From Haplodiscus bocki (lineage: Eukaryota): a stretch of 64,000 nucleotides of DNA. Shown in pieces: positions 26,989 to 39,200 of this stretch. The position numbers and the translations under genes are program-made. Below the pieces are notes generated by a model. It saw nothing but the letters and a program-made list of their open reading frames with translations. It was not told the origin of the DNA and searched no databases. How positions within the stretch are numbered: the stretch's first letter is position 1; each line of letters opens with the position of its first letter. The stretch spans positions 78,306,001 through 78,370,000 of the forward strand of contig OZ296657.1 in assembly GCA_965655095.1 (NCBI GenBank). The letters run 5' to 3'.

Positions 26989-27114
26989 AAAGTGAGACCA
27001 AAGGTTGAGATTTGGCAGCCGTGTTTAAGTAATAGGTGTAAACAGGGTAAGACTGTGATTGAACGAATTGACTGACACCTATGCAAATTTTGGTGGCGTT
27101 CATTCAATTCCAAT

Positions 27115-27242
27115 TCAATAAGGCTTGTTTTGATCTTTGGGGCGTTTGTGTTGCACTTTAAGTCGTTTATTGCCTATTTGAAAGCCATGCATTGAGTGGA
27201 TGGCAGCTTCTGCACTTTGAGGGTTGTCGTAGCTCACAAAAC
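27115..27242 (-). CDS. CELF3/4/5/6: CELF last coding exon, RRM3 second half to stop ([42 protein letters not shown])
   Basis: Acceptor gtttcag. Completes RNP1 KCFGFVSY. TGA at 27115-27117. Confidence 0.96.
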
Positions 27243-30200
27243 CTGAAACGAAACAGCCCTTAGCAATGTGCATTTTTGTTGACTGCGTCCAAAACACCAC
27301 TATAAACATCCAATTGGAAGTTTGACAAATGAGCCAGAAATTTTTCGACTCACTGAAAAAACTAAACACTGAGACTAATTCAGGACGCCTTCAAACGTTA
27401 CAATTTTATGAAGAGGTTCTGTAACTTACTTAATTTGACCTTAGCTCAAGTGTTTTAACGAATATATTGAAACATCAAAAAAAGTTTTCTTTAAAAAGAT
27501 CAGACATTACTTGGATAACTAATTGTGACTTGAATTTTTCAAATTTTCGGTTATCTCGTAGAAGCCAAATTAAGAGAACATAAACATTTAGAAATAGAAT
27601 GGAAAGGAAAAGATGGAGAAGCTGCCTCACCGAAGCATTTGCTCTGGTTGGTGGCTCTGTCAATGAAGACTTTAGCACTGATTACAGTGCCGTAAGGCAT
27701 AAACATCTGTGTCAGGTCCGCATCGGTACACTCCTGCGGCAGATGGTATATAAAAAGGTTGCAGCCTTCCGGCCCTGCAAACATACACATCACATTCAGT
27801 CAAAATCTAACATATTCAGTCACCTAGTTTGCATCGAAGCCGTGAAATACATTGGGTGGTTGGTTGTTCACTATTCAAACTCATCTACATGAAGTTGCAA
27901 ATCTCAAGCGATGCTTATGATGAATACAGACGATGGGGCGAGCTTTTAGAGAAGGTGTGTTTGGTTAGGGACGGGGGAGGAGGGGTAGAATTTTGAAGAG
28001 CAACTCCTCAAATCTGATTGGCTGACAGTTGATATTTCAGAAACAGATGCTCAGACTCAGTGAAAGCAAACAGGCAGTTTTCGAAAGGTAACCAATCTAA
28101 CTTATGGAAGAAGTTTATCAAACTTTAGGGATTGTGATTCATAATCAAATAACACTACGATGAAAATTCAGTAGCAAAAAGACCTTTACTATTGCAGTTG
28201 CAACATTTTGTATCAAGCTTGTTTCAACTTCATTTCGACTGCATTTGCAACCCCGTCTGCATTGAAAATTGAGAGTAGAAGCATAGTTGAAAGAAAAACT
28301 GATGCACTTAAATTTTCTGTCCGCGAATCATGTTAACACACAACTCATGATAATTTCAAGGACAGAACCCGAACTTTGTTAAGAACTTGAGGAAAATAAA
28401 GAGAGCCAAACCATGCGATTACAATATTGAAAACTCACGCCACTTCAAAGGGACATCTTCCATCCCCCCCCCCCCCAGCAAAAAAAAACTAACATTTACT
28501 TCAACAATTTTCTTCAACTTCTCGACTTTCATGCCATTATCTAGATGTGCGCTTACGACTGCAAAAGCGCTGCTAATCTTTTTAAAATTAGAACTTCAGT
28601 TGCCTGTTAGTAAACATTCCATTACAACTAAGTTGATTATGAGCACTACGGTTTTAATAGGGGCGAAATTAGTGATTGATTTTTGAAGGCACACGAGAAA
28701 CTCTGAAAGGGCGCACGACTAAAACAATCGGTGACCCTTTCTCTAGGTTGAGATAACATAAATTTTCGTAACTCATTGCAGGTGAACGATAAGAACCAAG
28801 TGCCGGATAAATCCATCCACAGGAAAAATGAAGAAAAAGGTGTGAAATGAAGGAACCTTGCGGTGCCACCAAAAGCATTCTACAATACTGTAGCTTTGGC
28901 GTCCCATACACAACTGATAAAGTAATTAACCCTTCACTACAAGCAAACTACAAATGATGTCAGAACTGAATCAGATCCCGCTACTTGGTATTTGTCATTA
29001 TTATTTTCCGCCCATATGTTATATGGAAAGAAAATAATCCACTCAACGCAAACGTTTTTTTATGCTTACTTGCCAATTGATAATGTCCGATGTGAAAGAG
29101 TCCGATGTTCGCTGGTTCTGTCTTTGAAAATATTTTATTATCAAATTATAGCAAATTCTCAGTAGAATGGGGGACTGAAATAGTAAAATTTTTCAAAACG
29201 TTTGAAATTTGGGTTTGAAGAAAAAATAGATCGGCTTTTTCAAATAACTTGATTTTTTTCAAAATCGTTAAAGGTGGCAAAGTTGCAGTAGAAAGCGTAT
29301 CAAATGATAATATTTCATAAAAATATCTTTTCCACCATGATTATTAGGTTTTTTGGCAAAAATTGAGAAAATGGAGAAGAATTAGAAAACATGAAGCGTA
29401 TATTTTCAAAAAAAACGCTTTCATCTTTTAAAAGGCACCTTGGAGGGTACAAAATTGGAGGGCGGAAAATATGCCGGTGGTAGACAGCCGTCTTGTTGAT
29501 GAACCAAACCAAAGCAGATTATACCAATTCGCTGCACGTGATACCTTTTTTGAGTATTTGCGGCACTGATAACACGACCCCAAGTCCACTCACACTCAGT
29601 GAGTCATCAGTGCCGACAGAGTTCACACTTGAACTTTGTTGACGCCATGCTGGCGGCAAACATGAGACGGATGACGTCATTTTTGGTTTGATGTCTTGAA
29701 GACAGTTGGTTTGGTCGATACTACAGATGAGAGATAAGCAGTTGTCTGTGACCAGTCTCGCGTGCGCGTGGCCCGTAGGATCTGTATTGCAGTTAAAAGT
29801 TTCCCAAAAACAAGATTCAAGTCATTAACTACATCAAAAATGTATGCTTATTAGCACATCGCTTCTGGATGCCAGTGAACCTCTTTTTAGTTCTGGCTCA
29901 CACAATGAAACAGAAGAGTTTGTTTTAAAAAACACAAGTTGCAAACTCAGTCACTAAAAACGCGAACAGTTTCGAAGCATGGACAGCGTTCCTGGCAATT
30001 ATCTAAACATTCCATCCTACCTAAACTTTCCAAACATTCCATTCCTAAAGTTATTCATTGGTAAGCTTCTAATCTTATGTTAATCCCAATAATGTTAAAG
30101 ACCAAATTCCAATTATATTGGACCTATATAAACCAAATCCAAGAACCCTGTAATATTAAGATAAGCTACAATCTTATTATTAGTTAACGGTTAGGATTCG

Positions 30201-33200
30201 GATCCGAGGTGACTCCTTGAGACCCTAAGAACTTTAGATGTCCAAATGGAGGGGAAGGGGAACAGTAGGAAGATGGGGGTCTTCTCCGGTTAGAACAAAA
30301 ACTGGGGAACACAAAGTGTGAGAGAAAGAGGTAAGGCTCCGGGGTGAAATCAGCCGAGCGAGAAAACGGCGGACACTTGTGAAAGGAATTAGTGTGGATG
30401 AGGAGATTACGATCATGTTATACCAGAACTGAGCAGAGATTGTTGGTTGGATGTCTTAGGTTCAGGGGCACGTGACATCGAATAATATCAGATTTAGTTA
30501 CATAACACGTACTTGCACGCTTTGATGGACTGAGCAGTACTCCTACAAACAAGTCGTTAATTTCCACACATTCACTCAGTCACTGGACTTCTTTTGGTAC
30601 ATGTACACCGAGGATTTATTCTCGAACAAATAGCTTTGCACAGACTTATATTTGAAATTTTTCTTCATTCCCAGAGTCTTTTCTGAATTTTATAATCCAG
30701 GTAAAAATTTTGATTAAGGAAGAGAATATAGGATCTAGTATTTCAGGGAAAGTATTTTCTATCAGACTTGTAAATTGGGTTGTTATGTTAAACAATAATG
30801 CAACAAAATAACCCGGGGCACTAAATTTAGTCAATTTCAATTTGCCATCTAATTACTTTTTCAGTATTCAGATTTTGTAAAATTCCTTGACAATCACCAA
30901 AATGATTCTAAAATAGGACTCAGATATTCAGTTCACAATTATGTGCATAAACGATCCATTTTACTCTTCTGCATTTTTCAAAAATAATGAGAGTCCTCTT
31001 AAATCGTACACTACGTTTTGACCGGGATCATACAGATAATCTAGCACCCATATATTGCATTTAATTTATGATTTTTTTAACTTCATAGAGCATCGACTTT
31101 GTGTTTTAACCAGACTTTCCTGAATGGCGATGAGTCAATAAAGGAAAGATTTTGAGCTGAAGTTTGGGATCAAAGGGAAACAGATGAGTGTTTGCATGTT
31201 GGGAAAGAGTTCCATATCACGGAAGATTGGCCATTGTGGGTTAAAGACCTTGGTATTAGTTAAGGTTAGGTGTTAAACGAGTTATGAGGGTAGCCGAATT
31301 GTGAGTTATGTAAGTAGTATTGGGGATGCTAACCCTCTCGTTGCTGCGATGGAAGATGTTGGGCTGCCGCCGCTACCGATGTTGCATTCTGGCCCCCCAA
31401 GGATGCCGCCGCTGCCGCTACTGCCGCTGCCTGCTGCATGGATGCCGCCAATTGTTGCTGGGCCGCCACAGCTGCCATTTGTTGGTGCTGCTGCTGTTGG
31501 TGTTGTTGGATCAAAAGTGCCGCCATCAGCTGTTGCTGCTGCTGATGCAATTGCTGAGAGGGACTGACCCCCGCTGCCGCTGCCTGCACTACCCCCGGGG
31601 AAACCGAGCCCCCCGATCCCGCTGCTGCTACCGGCCCCACCGTTTCCCCCGGCGAGGATTGATGCTGCTGCAAGAGGGCTCCCTGCACCGGGGAAGAAGC
31701 AGCCGTTGCTGCCGCCAAAATTTGCGCCGTTGCCAATTGCTGCTGGTATGAAGCTGCCCCCGCCCCCGTAGGCACTAAAAACAACAACACCTCCACTGAA
31801 AGTTAATCTCACCTTAAGATGACTTAAGTTTCGGCGGTTCTATTTCCTTCTCCCCACAAGTTTACAAAAACAGTTCGAAAACTCTGTGACACAAAAACAG
31901 TGAAAAGCTCAAGGTGAATTTTATCCGCAATTTAAATCTTAAGCATAATTTCAAATGATTTCGCTTTCTTCCTGAAAAACGCAGAAAGCTTGTGAAAAAT
32001 TGGGGGGAATTTTGAGGTGAATTGCGTGGGAAAAGGAAAAGGTTCTCAGTTTTACATTCACAATGCTTGAAAAACAGCTCAACATTATCCACAACAGCAT
32101 CAGACAAAGTTAATAGGACACAAATCGTAACCACTCACAACAGAGCCAGGTTAAATGTAATAAACAATGAGTAAGAGATTATTACAGCAGAATGCATTTC
32201 ATAAACGAAGTACAAAAAACGGGGAATAGAGTATTGGTTAAAAAATAGGCAACTTGTGAACAAGTGTACAACGCGTAGTCTAAAACTCTTACTCACGGCC
32301 TCACGATAACCGCTGTAAACTTTTGCATGCTTCGAAGATAGTACGGAATAACATTTTTTAGTGACGAACACTAGAAACGGTTTCCGTGGTAACGAAAAAA
32401 CAAAACACTTTTCATTTCCCTTTTTACACGACAGTCCGGTCATTTTTTTCAATTCATCACTAATACTTCGTGATGTCTGAGCCGGTCGTTAAGTGCTTGA
32501 AAATGTGCGTCATCATATTTTTATTTTCCACCATACTTAATATTTGGAAGAATAATCATCTACTCAAAGTGTGCGTTTACTTGCAAATTGTATGACATCC
32601 AAGTCGACAGCAAGAACCCCAAAGACGCGTATCTCCTTTCTGGTAAATTCTCTCGAAATTAATAATTGGGATTTTATTGTTTCAATTTGAAGGGAGCATA
32701 TAAATTAGTAGGGGTGAACGAATTATTAGGCGAAAGTGGTTAAGATCCATAAACGCGTTTTTTACGTTTACTTGCCAATTGCACGAGATTTCGAGTTTCG
32801 GAAGTGTGAAAATTTTTTATGACCAAATATAGCAAATTTGCCGCAGAATGCAAATGAACAAGTAGGACTTCTTAAACACGTACGAAAATAGGCTTTTTCG
32901 ATTCAAAAAACTTGCATTTTTGGAAGCGAAATTTTCAAAAATTGAAAAAAAGTCGCAAATTTGATGTAGAATACGGATAAAATGGCATGTCTAGAAAAAT
33001 GCCTCTTTGCGACCAAAATTGAGTTTTTAGAAAAATTCCGAAATTTTTGAAAATTGGCCAATATGATAAAGAACGCAAATAGAAGGGTATTGTTTCCCAA
33101 AAATGCCTTTTTAGCAAAGCGGCAGGATGGAAAATATCCCGGTGGTAGCCGGGTGTCTTGTATATTCGATAATCCAAAATCTTGAAAATTCCTTTTTCCG

Positions 33201-36200
33201 AGCAAAATTTTGGGTTTTTTAAAAAATTCCAAATAGGAAAAATTGAAAAGAACATTTTTTTACTGCATAATAACAAAGTCGGAGGTCGGAAGATATCCCG
33301 TATGTAGCCGGGTGTCTTGTTTCTTTTGAGTCAGTGAATGAAAAATTTCTCAAAGTGTCAAACTCGTCCGTTATCTCTGTTATACGCTTTTCGTTATTGA
33401 AATAGTAAGAGGTAGGAATATGCTCAGATTCCTTCGAAAGGAAATTAAACCATCAAAGAAGAAGATTGGAATGTTAAATGCGAACGAAAACTGATGGCGG
33501 AAACAGGATAGTTCTTCATCACGAGGTGGACAATAGAGAACTCTTGGCCAATCAAACTAGATACTGGACGTTGATCCACCAGGGATGTACAAAACAAAAA
33601 GGCACAAGACAACAAAAATATGTACAAATATTGCGGCTCTTTGCGTCTCCGTTACAATTTAAATGCATTAATTCCATTTGCGTAAAACTTCATGTTAAGG
33701 CCCGGAGTTCATTAAATTTGAATAAAATCGTCATCAATTATATATTTTAGAATTAATCTGAAAAAGTAGATATTGGCCCATTTAGCACTCTAAACCTCAC
33801 TGTTCAAAACAATTTGTTCGGTTTTGGGCAAATATCGCAACAAAGTTCAAATTATTGAGCAAATTTTTTTTAACGATTGTGGAATAATAATACTGACGAC
33901 CGCAATCGACCAGAAAGTGAGCCACAATAAACAAGGAGTTTTGAAAATCCGAGAATCTTCGAAAAATCTTATCGAAATTTTCCAAAAAGACACTTCAAAA
34001 CTGCACTTTCCGATGTATTCAAGAGGGGTTAGTTTTAGAAGAATGGTTTAAAGGGCCAAAAAGCATTTTGGAAACAGTCATATATTAATAAAAATTAAAT
34101 TAATTAATTGATAGTTATGGTGGTTGGACAGTTTGCGCAGACTGGAGTTGATACTTGACAACAGACTGAAGAAGTACTGTACTAGTTCAATTCAATTCAA
34201 TGTAATTATATTGATAGTAAAACATTTACATAATCGGTACTGGTACCTACCTCAAAGGAGGCGCTGTGGCAACAGCGGCAGCAGCAGCAGATAATAGAAA
34301 ATGCTGAAGGACGTCTGAACAGAGAAGAGTTTACTCCTTTTTTGCTCTTCCTTTATTACCCACCCTTCACTCATGTTCCTCATAATACCTTCTCCACCGA
34401 TTCAAAATACAAGGCTCCCTAATACAAGGCTCCCTAACCAACTTACTCAGAAAGGTCGACTCCTAGATTGTAAAAACATTTCACTTTGCAAATTGAATCT
34501 GGCTGGCCCTAGAAGGTACACTCATATATGGCTGATGATGGGCAGAGGTTCCACCGCATTAATATCATGTTTTCAGAAACAGACCTGAAAACAACCTTTG
34601 AAGGGCGATGTTTTAGGACCAGTGAAATGTAATCAGAAAGTGGATGTACGAAGTTTGAAGATTGATCGTTAGGACACGGATGATTGGATGGTGTTACAAT
34701 ACGAATTACATACAATTAGCATTCATTCAAAAACGAAGGTTGAGGGCAGGGGTAGGAGAGATTAGGGTGTGAAAAGAGTGAGAGGAGAGAGATGTAGTCT
34801 AGAGCTTACCAATAGGCATGCCTGTAAGAGCAGCTTGTTGCAACACTGCAGCCTGTTGTAATTCTGCTAATGAGACACCTTGAGATGCGGCAACTGAAAC
34901 ATGAAATCCACTGTCTTTAAACAAAACTCCACGCGCCTTATGAATACCATATACTGCCGAGTACTAGCACTCTTGTCCGTTAAGATATTGCAAAATATAG
35001 GATATTTTGGATTTTTGGGACAATTTTGCCAGGAATCTCAACCTCCCAGAAAAATCCTGACAAGACGAACAACATTCCAAGCACTGGTTGTTTGTGTACA
35101 AATTTGTAATTTGATTTCGACGTGATCACTTCATGCAGTTGATGAAAAAACAAAGTTATGATGGAAATAACTTTTGAAGTATTCAAGAGTTCTGTGTCAG
35201 CATTTTATGACTCCAATCTCTCCTCCACTTTCACCTTGCTTTCGAGATTTCCAAAATGAAGAACGATATTTTCCAAACATGTCAAGCCACTTTAAGCATT
35301 TCTCCACAAATCCAACAACCAGTGATTAAAAATGAAAACACTTGACAGTCACCTATTTTGATTAAAATTCATGAGACGAGAATTGAGTATAAACGCGGCG
35401 CAGTGCTAACCAATTTCGGGTAAGGTAGCCGAGGCTGCGAGTTGTGAGGGGTGATACAACAAGGGGTGGTTTGCGGCCGAGACAGCACCTGAACCCGTGC
35501 CGTTGTTAGTTTGTTGCACACTGGCAGCACCATTGGCTCCCAACGAGTTAGCTCCAGACATCAGCACCCCATTGTTGTTACTGTCCTCTGAACAAAAACC
35601 ATCATTTCAGTAGTTCCTGTAAATCTTTCCTTGCAATATGAGCAAGACGCCCGACTAACTACGGGATTTTATATGCTTCCCATATTTTCAGGTAAACCTC
35701 TCAAAGATCCCAATTATAAGGATTTCTAAAAGTTCAAAAGCTAAACTTTTCGCGTATGATGCTCAACTGTTTGCAACTATAGCCGCACTTTGTCTTGAAA
35801 CCGTTTTAAAACGTAAAAAGTTGTAGAAAAAATTTAGGAGATTCATGAAGGTCACAAAAACATTTTTCAAACTTTACGATTTTACATGTTTTTTCATGGC
35901 AAATTTAGTACATTTTAGCGTGGAAGACTTGGCGCAATCTTTCGGAGACCTCAAAATTGTGAAATTGGCGAGTTTTACCTCCATGTTGATAATAATAGCT
36001 CCCAAATAAATAATGTTTTCGATTTGAATATCACCAATGGTAGGTCATGAGTCAAGATTTGCTACTTACCGCCAGTTGCTGAGCAGTTTGAATTTTTCTC
36101 TGAGGGAGAATTTGTGTTTGATGACGTAATAGGGCTGCCTAATGTTTGGTTGCCCAGTCCGCGCAGAGACATGGCAGCTGAATTTGCGATTTGATGTGGT

Positions 36201-39200
36201 CCGATAAGTCCTAAAATGATATCAAATTAGCTAAATTAATAAGTATCATGGAATCGGACAGTGCGCTAATAAAAATCTTACAAAATTGAAACTCATAGTT
36301 TGCACAAGACTTTCCAAAAAGTTGTTTTTCCAGCATAAAATTGAAAAATTGTAGACACTTTTGAAAATTTTATTGGACAAAAATCACCTCGCAGGTTCTG
36401 ACTTATTTTAGCTACGTTTATGCATGACGTTTATGCATGAAAGATTTTGATGATTTGAGTTGAAAGGTGTGTGGTGTGTTTAGTGTTGTTTACCATTGGG
36501 GGTCATGGAAACGGAGGGGGAGGCGATTCCTCCTGGTCCACCGCCTGCACCGTTAAGGCTTCCGGTGGGCGTGGGCGCCGAAGGGGGAGCACAAGATCCA
36601 GAAGGAGAGTAATATGCACCTGCTTGAGTGGCTGCGAGCAATTGCTGCTGCTGTTGCTGCTGTGCCAACTGAAACCAAAACAGAAAACGAATTAGTCAAC
36701 ACCAAAACCCATTCAACAACGAGATTACATTTATGCACAATTGAAACAAGGAAACAGAACCAGGCGAGGCGACCGACGCACCCAATTTCTATCCCTTCCT
36801 TCCGTCTTTCCAATCCAGTCCGTAATGGAGCAGCCCCATGGGCAAATTCACCTTGACCTTCGTTTTTTTTGTTTCAAATAATTAAACAAATGTCGATTGA
36901 AATTATCTTTCAGTGCTCACTAAATTCTATCATTCGCGTTTCAAATTGTTGACGCATCTGTTCAAAAATTTAAGACTTTCGCAGAAAATTTGACCGTTTT
37001 TACTGCAAAGAAACCGGAAATTTGATTGATTACAAATTCAGGTGTGAAAAGATGTTCAGCTATTTTTGGACGGAATGAAAAAAATAGAAGCAAAGGATGA
37101 AATTGGGATACGGACAGGAAGTTGCATCCTGCACTTGAGGCGCTATTGAAATAATAATATTGATCATAATTGAAATGGGCATTTGATAACCTTCATCAAT
37201 CAGAAAAATGTGAACAGATTTCGAAAAACATAAAGATGTTTTGAATGATTCAATGGATGATGGACAAAAAAATGATTGAAAAGATGGAACGACGATTTCG
37301 ACTCAAATTTGGATCCAATTGAATTGATTTAGATTGAACTCAACTGACTGAACAAAACGTTTACTGACTAGTGTAGTGTAAACTGATCACAGACCACGAC
37401 AACGCATAGAAAAATCATACTCATTCCTAAACATCGACCAAGACACCACATTGTTGTACCAAAGGACACCACTACATAGACAACATTTCACTGCTTTTGC
37501 GTATTTCTCAATGAACGTAATCGACCCGCCCGATTTTACGAAAATTCTGAGAGGTCAGAAGTCGCAAATTTTACCAATAAATAAAACGAACCACTTCATC
37601 TTATCAAAAAGAAAAACAAGGAAAACACTAAGGCCAAAAATAGTACAACTCCCTGTTTCGCGATTATTTATTGTCGAAAAACGATAATTTCCAAACACTG
37701 ATGAACGCCCAACTAATTTGAGCCGTCACCGTTTTGCGTCACAATCCATGAACTCGTTATGGGATTTGTTACTAAGAAAAGGCTTCATTAATACCACCGC
37801 CCTTCATTATGTCAATCCTATATAAAATCCCGGTTTGACCACCAAGGGATGACACAGCGCATTCTTAGTAAGATAGGGATGGGGTACAGGGGAACCAGGG
37901 ATGACTTAGTACGGGCCCAGAGATGCACCCATGGGATCCACAGAGTTATCCCTGGACCCAGCCCTGGGACTGTAGTAAGTTATCTATGGGCCTAGTGCAT
38001 ATACATTACATAATTGTTAAAGCTCTGATAATTTATGCATTTAATCAAAAATCAAGCATAATCAAGCTTGGAGGTGAAATCTGATGCACTTTATACCCGA
38101 TGAAAGCAGTTTGTAAATGAATATGTTTGAACGTATCAGCGGTATGGAATTTTCTAAAAACATATGTTTTGTAATGCCTTAATTAATTTGCAATGGCTGA
38201 AAAAATACAAAATGGAACAATTTTTTTCCAAAATTACCTAATCTCGTCCTTTTGGACAAAATCATTCTTGTAGTTTTCTGTAGGGAACAGACGCGAAACG
38301 TTTGGTTCTGAATCGACTGTAAAATTTTCATAGAGGAAAACTTAGAAAAAGCATCTTGATTCGAAATTTCTCCCATGGAGAGCAAGTCATTCTTTCTATA
38401 GTGCATCCCTGGGCACAGGGCATTCTTACCAAGGCCATCCATGAACCCAGGGCTTTCATACCAAGTTCTTGTTACGGGTTTTGTCAAGGACAGGGCTGTG
38501 CCGTAGTAAGTTACCACTGGGGTGGTAAACCTGGGATGGAGCTAGTGAACTGTGTCTCAGTTTTCAAAATTCTTACAATTTTTCTGACGTCACTGCCGAA
38601 AGAACAAAGCGAGTAAATGAGAACAGTGATCCAAAAAAAGCAAGTAATTAAAACTCAGTGATTGTGTCTCTCGGTTATGGCGTCATGTTGATCATGCCGA
38701 GTGAAGAAAGCGTGTGAGTTCATCAAGTCGTCCATTACATTCACTTGCCTGCTTTATTCGTTCATCGTGATAACAGCGACTCCGAAGTCGACAAAAAAAC
38801 GTGAACGTATCTTTAAATTGTTTTGAACAGGAAATTTAATCTGCCGATCTGCAGAAGGGTTTGCTAGTATTGAAAAATCTTGACTTCCCGACGGTAGCTC
38901 GATATAAAATGACATTACTTGATTTACTGATTTACTTACTTATATCAAATTTAAGGTTCTGTACAATAATGAAATGTGCGCAAAAAATTCTGAAAACATC
39001 AACTGTTCCTAGTTACATCGAGTACTCAATCATCTACATTTAATTGGAATTTTACTTTGTTGTCTTCAGAATGAGGTTTTCAGGACAGTTAAATTTTTAT
39101 CAATTTGCAACCATTCCCGAAGGGAATCTGCTCCGCCTTTTATTTGAAATGCTTCGAGAATTTTCCAAAGGCAAGAAGAAAGCATTTCATGCTTAGAGTA

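Noticed and set aside
31301-31751. Plus-strand ORFs overlapping the large CELF exon
   Set aside because: They are antisense shadows of CAG/GCN-rich coding sequence, with no splice or start context.
31813-31883. 71-nt exon-like segment (gtcacag ... AAG|gtgaga) whose length would compensate the 64-nt exon
   Set aside because: It has stops in all three frames, and the following intron would be only 17 or 38 nt, far below the other introns here (283 nt or more).
32297-32312. Possible 16-nt microexon (tttacag...gtgagt)
   Set aside because: It does not restore the frame alone or with the 64-nt exon, and there is no other support.
36415-36440. Tandem acgtttatgcatg containing TGCATG twice
   Set aside because: The Rbfox motif is on the strand opposite the CELF pre-mRNA. 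It is a simple 13-bp duplication.
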